42,250 bases of DNA from an uncultured Dehalococcoidales bacterium (lineage in GTDB: Bacteria; Chloroflexota; Dehalococcoidia; GIF9; UBA5629). Of this stretch, positions 37,883 to 42,250 are shown piece by piece (the first letter of the stretch is position 1; the number at the start of each line of letters is the position of its first letter). The notes under the pieces were generated by a model. That model was given only the letters and a program-made list of their open reading frames with translations, ran no database searches and had not been told where the DNA came from. A program made the position numbers and the translations under genes. The stretch lies in contig CAZOQG010000003.1 in assembly GCA_964582065.1 (NCBI GenBank), positions 1-42,250 on the forward strand, read 5' to 3'.

Positions 37883-39621
37883 AGCTTGTCTGGAACTCTA
37901 GCTTCAATAACTGATTTTACCCTACTCATGAACTCGGAAGCACTCAGTGAGCCCAGGTCCTCCCCATTTCTCAATCGAAGAGAAACCGTAGAAGTATCCA
38001 GCTCCTTGTCACCAATAACAAGCATATAAGGAACCTTCCCTAGCTGAGCCTCTCTTATTTTCAGGTTCATCCTCTCCGAGCGGTCATCAACTTGAACACG
38101 CATGCCGCCCTCCCTAAGCTCACCAGCCAAGTGACGAGCATAGTCCAGATGACGGTCGGCTATAGGAATTATGACTGCTTGAACCGGAGATAGCCACACC
38201 GGGAAGGCACCAGCATAATGCTCGATGAGACACGCCATAAATCGCTCCATGCTCCCCAGCACCGTGCGATGCACCATTACCACCTGATGTTCCGAACCGT
38301 CGTCGCCAATATAGTTAGCATCAAAGCGCTGCGGCAGGTTGAAATCAACCTGAATAGTTGGTCCTTGCCACAACCGCCCCAGAGCGTCCCTAAGCTTGAT
38401 ATCAATCTTGGGTCCATAAAACACACCCTCCCCCGGGTCTATCGTGTAACCAAGCTCAAGGCGCTGCAAGACCTTTCTCAAAGCCTCTGTGGCCTCCTCC
38501 CAGACCTGGATAGTGCCAGCATATTTCTCAGGCCGAGTAGACAGAAGTAACTCATAGTCATGGAAACCGAACGTGTCCAGCATGAAACAGGCCAATTGCA
38601 CCACCTGCGTTACCTCAGCCTCAAGCTGGTCAGGCCGACAGAAGATATGAGCATCATCCTGAGTAAAGCCGCGAACTCGCGCCAGACCGTGCAACACACC
38701 CGACCGCTCGTAACGATACACTGTGCCCAGTTCAGCCCAACGCAGCGGTAAATTGCGGTAGCTACGCAACTGAGTCTTATACATCAAAATGTGCCCCAGA
38801 CAGTTCATTGGTTTGATAATGTACTCCTGCCCCTCGATCTCCATCGGCGGATATAGATTCTCCCGATAGAAATCCCAATGGCCGCTAGTCTTCCACAAGT
38901 CTACCTTGGCAATATGTGGAGTATAGACAATGTCGTAACCTCGCTTCCTGTGCTCTTCCTTCCAAAAGTCCTCGATGACCTCGCGTACCAAAGCGCCTTT
39001 AGGATGCCAGTGAACCAACCCTGGGCCAGCCTCATCATGAAGGCTAAAGAGGTCGAGCTCCTTACCCAACTTCCTGTGGTCTCGCTTGCTTGCTTCAGCC
39101 AACCGAGCTAAGTGACCTTCAAGCTCAGCCTGTGTATCAAAAGCGACACCGTAAATTCTTTGCAGCATGGGACGCTTTTCGTCGCCTCGCCAGTAAGCTC
39201 CAGCAATACTGGTAAGTTTGAAGGCTTCAATATTACCAGTTGAATTCACGTGGGGGCCACGGCATAAGTCAACAAAAGAGCCTTGTCGATAGATAATCAC
39301 TGTTTCATCAGGAAGTTCCTCGATAAGCTCCAACTTGTAAGGTTGACTCGAAAAGAATTGCAGGGCCTTCGCTTTATCCATCTCTTCTCTAACAAAAACG
39401 GAATCGGCAGCAATTATTTCCTTCATCTTGGCTTCAATTATCGGTATGTCGTCAGGAACTAGAGCGCGAGGTAGCTCAAAATCGTAATAAAAGCCATCCT
39501 CTATAGCCGGACCGATGCCAAATTTCGTTCCCGGGAAAAGTGACTGGACAGCCTCAGCCATCACATGGGCGGCCGAATGCCGCATCTTTTCCAACCTCGC
39601 TTCTTTTTCCTCTGCGGCCAT
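37879..39621 (-). CDS. thrS: Threonine--tRNA ligase (no N-terminal TGS domain)
   Basis: RHSAAHVMA, DLCRGPH, RDHRKLG, KPMNC, RVRGFTQDDAH, FYGPKID. Confidence 0.98.
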   Translation of the reverse strand: MAAEEKEARLEKMRHSAAHVMAEAVQSLFPGTKFGIGPAIEDGFYYDFELPRALVPDDIPIIEAKMKEIIAADSVFVREEMDKAKALQFFSSQPYKLELIEELPDETVIIYRQGSFVDLCRGPHVNSTGNIEAFKLTSIAGAYWRGDEKRPMLQRIYGVAFDTQAELEGHLARLAEASKRDHRKLGKELDLFSLHDEAGPGLVHWHPKGALVREVIEDFWKEEHRKRGYDIVYTPHIAKVDLWKTSGHWDFYRENLYPPMEIEGQEYIIKPMNCLGHILMYKTQLRSYRNLPLRWAELGTVYRYERSGVLHGLARVRGFTQDDAHIFCRPDQLEAEVTQVVQLACFMLDTFGFHDYELLLSTRPEKYAGTIQVWEEATEALRKVLQRLELGYTIDPGEGVFYGPKIDIKLRDALGRLWQGPTIQVDFNLPQRFDANYIGDDGSEHQVVMVHRTVLGSMERFMACLIEHYAGAFPVWLSPVQAVIIPIADRHLDYARHLAGELREGGMRVQVDDRSERMNLKIREAQLGKVPYMLVIGDKELDTSTVSLRLRNGEDLGSLSASEFMSRVKSVIEARVPDKL

Positions 39622-39643
39622 TTTTGAATTCCTACACTAAACT

Positions 39644-39678
39644 AAACAAAGACCCCACGTTATTATAAGCGAGAGGTC
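39644..39678 (-). terminator. Terminator-like hairpin upstream of thrS (loop contains TATAAT)
   Basis: Minus strand GACCTCTCG-CTTATAATAA-CGTGGGGTC-TTTGTTT. Confidence 0.45.
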
Positions 39679-39816
39679 AATTCCAAGCCAACTTTGCTCA
39701 GAGCTTAACAAGAACAACTAACAAAACAATAAAGAAATAACTTCCGCCGAATCTGTACCAATAATGTGCTTGAGTCTGCAATAGACAAAACTTCTAGCAT
39801 CACTCTCAACTCAGTC

Positions 39817-40035
39817 TCATAATAGTTTAAGGAATTCATCCCGCGTTAGGCCAGCATCCTTAATCAAGGCCCTCAGTAAGCCTCGGCCCAGCTCTCCATG
39901 TCTTGGTACTGAAAGTCTGCCCTTAGATGGATGAAGCAAGATCATATGGCTACCTTCCGTATGATCCCAAATATATCCGATCTTACCCATTGCCTTAACA
40001 AAATCGTCTCCTGATATTACAGGAAGACGTGCCAC
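39817..40035 (-). CDS. hicA: HicA-family toxin (dsRBD-fold RNase)
   Basis: 72 aa; LPVISG, GSH catalytic His, VPRH.ELGRGLLRALIK.AGL. Confidence 0.92.
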   Translation of the reverse strand: MARLPVISGDDFVKAMGKIGYIWDHTEGSHMILLHPSKGRLSVPRHGELGRGLLRALIKDAGLTRDEFLKLL

Positions 40036-40566
40036 TTAGACCACTACCTCCACCTCTTCAACCTCAGTTGTGGGTATTGGTTCCCCGTGCTTACGCATGC
40101 TAACCACGTATCCCTGAACAGCTTCGCTGATATTAGCAATTGCCTCTTTCTTAGTTCGACCCTGCGAGTGACATCCAGGCAGAGCAGGACAACTGGCTAC
40201 GATGAAGCCATCTTCGTCTGCTTCAAGGGTTACAGCAAATTTTGCCACCCGCTCCTTGTCTCTCACTGGTGAGGTGCCGGAATATACACTAGCCTGCCGT
40301 TTGTATTCATCCCTTACTTCTGGATCTACCTCGTCGACTAACCGCCATACGCTTTCCGTTCTGTCTTTAGCATATCGGTTGAGCCATGCTTGTATTGCCC
40401 GACCTATATCCCCAAGGCCCAAGTTTCCTAAACGTGGTCGGTAATCATCGATAATCTCTTTGAGCCCGCCTTTGAATCCAGATTCGCTGGTCCGCGCCAA
40501 GAGAGTATCTGAACATAGCTTATGAACAGCCTTCGCTAGTGGCCCGCTTTTTACTCTTCTAGTCAT
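40036..40566 (-). CDS. hicB: HicB-family antitoxin with in-frame ~106-aa N-terminal extension (alternative GTG start at 40248)
   Basis: C-terminal DEDGFIVASCPALPGCHSQG.T..EA..N..EA...Y......GEPIP; stop codon abuts the hicA start. Confidence 0.85.
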   Translation of the reverse strand: MTRRVKSGPLAKAVHKLCSDTLLARTSESGFKGGLKEIIDDYRPRLGNLGLGDIGRAIQAWLNRYAKDRTESVWRLVDEVDPEVRDEYKRQASVYSGTSPVRDKERVAKFAVTLEADEDGFIVASCPALPGCHSQGRTKKEAIANISEAVQGYVVSMRKHGEPIPTTEVEEVEVVV

Positions 40567-40590
40567 GTCGAGTCACGTCACTAAACTTAA

Positions 40591-40663
40591 TGGGCGGTAG
40601 TGGACTCGAACCACTGACCCCTTCGTCGTCACCACAGTGCTCCAACTATCGAGCTCACCACCC
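40591..40663 (-). pseudogene. Degenerate tRNA-Val(GAC)-like gene
   Basis: Reverse complement GGGTGGT GA GCTC GATAGTTG GAGC A CTGTG GT-GAC-GA CGAAG GGGTC AGTGG TTCGAGT CCACT ACCGCCC A. Acceptor, D and T stems pair; U8, A14, D-loop GG and the anticodon stem deviate; no CCA. Confidence 0.8.
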
Positions 40664-40674
40664 TTCGCTGTCGC

Positions 40675-40703
40675 ATTTTATCAGTGCCCCCATAGATAGT
40701 CAA
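40675..40703 (-). promoter_or_regulatory. Near-consensus sigma70 promoter upstream of the degenerate tRNA
   Basis: Minus strand TTGACT-N17-TAAAAT with TG extension, 11 nt before the tRNA 5' end. Confidence 0.7.
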
Positions 40704-40841
40704 GCGGTTGTACTGGTTCAGCTTCTTGAATTGCATGAGTTCCAAATTACGTCTATACTATATTGTCCTATCAGTGGTTGAACCTTTTCTGGCGGTTTAA
40801 CCACATTTTGATTGAAGACGTACGAAAATTGGAGGGTCAAG

Positions 40842-42250
40842 TTGAAATCGGAAAAGCTAAAGGAATTTGAATATATTTTCAATCCGAAGGCTGTGGCTGT
40901 CATAGGAGCGTCCCAAACTGACGACTTCACAAATTCCCTAATAAGAACAAAGATGAGGGAGAATTTGTTCTTGGTTAATCCAAAGCGTAAAGAGCTCCTT
41001 GGCAAGAAGTGTTATCCTACGATTTTGGATATCGAACATCGAATTGACTACGCTGTCATAGCAGTGCCAGCACTGTTAGTTCCGAAGGTGCTAAGTGAGT
41101 GTATAGAGAAAGGCGTCAAGGCAGCTCATATTTTTTCCGCAGGTTTCAGTGAAACTGGGCTAGAAGAAAGGAAAAGACTAGAGAACGAGGTGAAAGAGGT
41201 AGCGAAAGGCAGGATTAGACTGATTGGACCCAACTGCATGGGAATCTATTGTCCCAAATCCGGTCTGTCTTTTGTTCCGGATGCTCCGACTGAGGAAGGG
41301 TCAGTTGGAGTTATTTCACAAAGTGGAACCTTTGCCGAGCAATTCTCAACCATTGGAAAGATAAGGAACATAAGGTTCAGCAAGATAATCAGCTACGGAA
41401 ATGCCATAGACCTGGATTGCCCAGACTTCCTGGAATACCTGGCAGATGACCCCGAAACAAAAGTTATAGCATTATACATGGAGGGTGCAAAAGATGGGAA
41501 GCGCCTCAAATCAGAACTAGGCAAAGCCGCGAGGAGAAAGCCGGTAGTAACACTAAAGGGGGGAGTGACAAAACATGGCAGCAGGGCAGCATCTTCTCAT
41601 ACCGGGGCCCTCGCCGGATCACCGGAAACCTGGAGATCACTATTTAAGCAGGCTGGTGTGGTTCAAGTAGACAACTTCGATGAATTGCTGGATGCCACTC
41701 TGGCGCTTAGCTGCTCGCCCCTTCCTTCCGGAAAGGGAGTCTCCATTATTACCAACTCTGGCGGTTTCAGCGTGATTGAAACCGACTCATGCGTAAAGGC
41801 AGGCCTGGAAGTTCCTGAATTTGGTGAAGGAACGATGAGGGAATTAAGAAAGATAGTGCCAACAGCAGGAACAAGCATCGGAAACCCCTTAGATGCATGG
41901 CCTATCTATTACAATACACGCGGCATGTCAGGGACTATTTCTGATGCCACCAAGCTTGTAGCTCTCGATAAGAACATACATTCGCTAGTGGTGCACTTTG
42001 ATGAATTGAGATATCTGAGTCGCGTGTTCGGTGAAACACTTGAAGGTCGCCTGAAGGAACTTGTCGACCTCATGCTCAATGGGTGCGAATATGTTCGCGA
42101 CGAAATTGGGAAGCCTGTGATGATCTGCGTTTCACTTGAGGCCTATTCGGAAGACGAGGAAGACAGAAGGTATCACCTAATGGTTAAGAAGGCCTTTGAG
42201 AGCAAACGATTCCCAGTATACTCCTCGCTTAACGCATCAATCAAGGCCCT
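40842..42250 (+). CDS. CoA-binding protein, NDP-forming acyl-CoA synthetase alpha-subunit-like, 3'-truncated
   Basis: Not in the ORF track (no stop in window). TTG after GGAGG; FNPKAVAVIGAS, AGFSE, IGPNCMG and SSHTGALAG in frame; ends FPVYSSLNASIKA. Confidence 0.88.
   Translation, partial: MKSEKLKEFEYIFNPKAVAVIGASQTDDFTNSLIRTKMRENLFLVNPKRKELLGKKCYPTILDIEHRIDYAVIAVPALLVPKVLSECIEKGVKAAHIFSAGFSETGLEERKRLENEVKEVAKGRIRLIGPNCMGIYCPKSGLSFVPDAPTEEGSVGVISQSGTFAEQFSTIGKIRNIRFSKIISYGNAIDLDCPDFLEYLADDPETKVIALYMEGAKDGKRLKSELGKAARRKPVVTLKGGVTKHGSRAASSHTGALAGSPETWRSLFKQAGVVQVDNFDELLDATLALSCSPLPSGKGVSIITNSGGFSVIETDSCVKAGLEVPEFGEGTMRELRKIVPTAGTSIGNPLDAWPIYYNTRGMSGTISDATKLVALDKNIHSLVVHFDELRYLSRVFGETLEGRLKELVDLMLNGCEYVRDEIGKPVMICVSLEAYSEDEEDRRYHLMVKKAFESKRFPVYSSLNASIKA

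Noticed and set aside
39622-39816. T-box leader for thrS
   Set aside because: No T-box consensus (AAGGTGGNACC-like) or specifier stem was found.

Overview
Bacterial chromosome segment, most consistent with Chloroflexota class Dehalococcoidia (inferred from gene order, a GreA with a long N-terminal extension, a short EF-Ts, an archaellin and many acyl-CoA genes). 1-7627 is an accessory catabolic block abutting the 3' end of tRNA-Asp: DUF169, a QueG/reductive-dehalogenase-superfamily Fe-S protein lacking QueG catalytic motifs, a haloalkane dehalogenase, an acyl-CoA ligase and a CrtI-like/FNR/2Fe-2S fusion. It is followed by an Ig-repeat surface protein, TPP riboswitch-thiC-cinA-speD-speB-M50/CBS protease, greA and two tandem acyl-CoA dehydrogenase pairs. 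The core cluster is rpsB-tsf-pyrH-frr-[uppS remnant]-cdsA-dxr-rseP-ispG-DUF4389-proS, then a solitary archaeal-type flagellin (archaellin). On the minus strand lie a degenerate tRNA-Val, hicB-hicA, thrS-infC-rpmI-rplT-pheS-pheT and an NDP-forming acyl-CoA synthetase alpha subunit; a second alpha subunit runs off the right edge on the plus strand. The best novelty candidates are the divergent QueG-like enzyme with its dehalogenase and reductase-fusion neighbours, the promoter-bearing degenerate tRNA leading hicBA, the orphan archaellin, the integrase-like-domain GreA and the uppS remnant. All calls come from manual motif reading; no searches were run.
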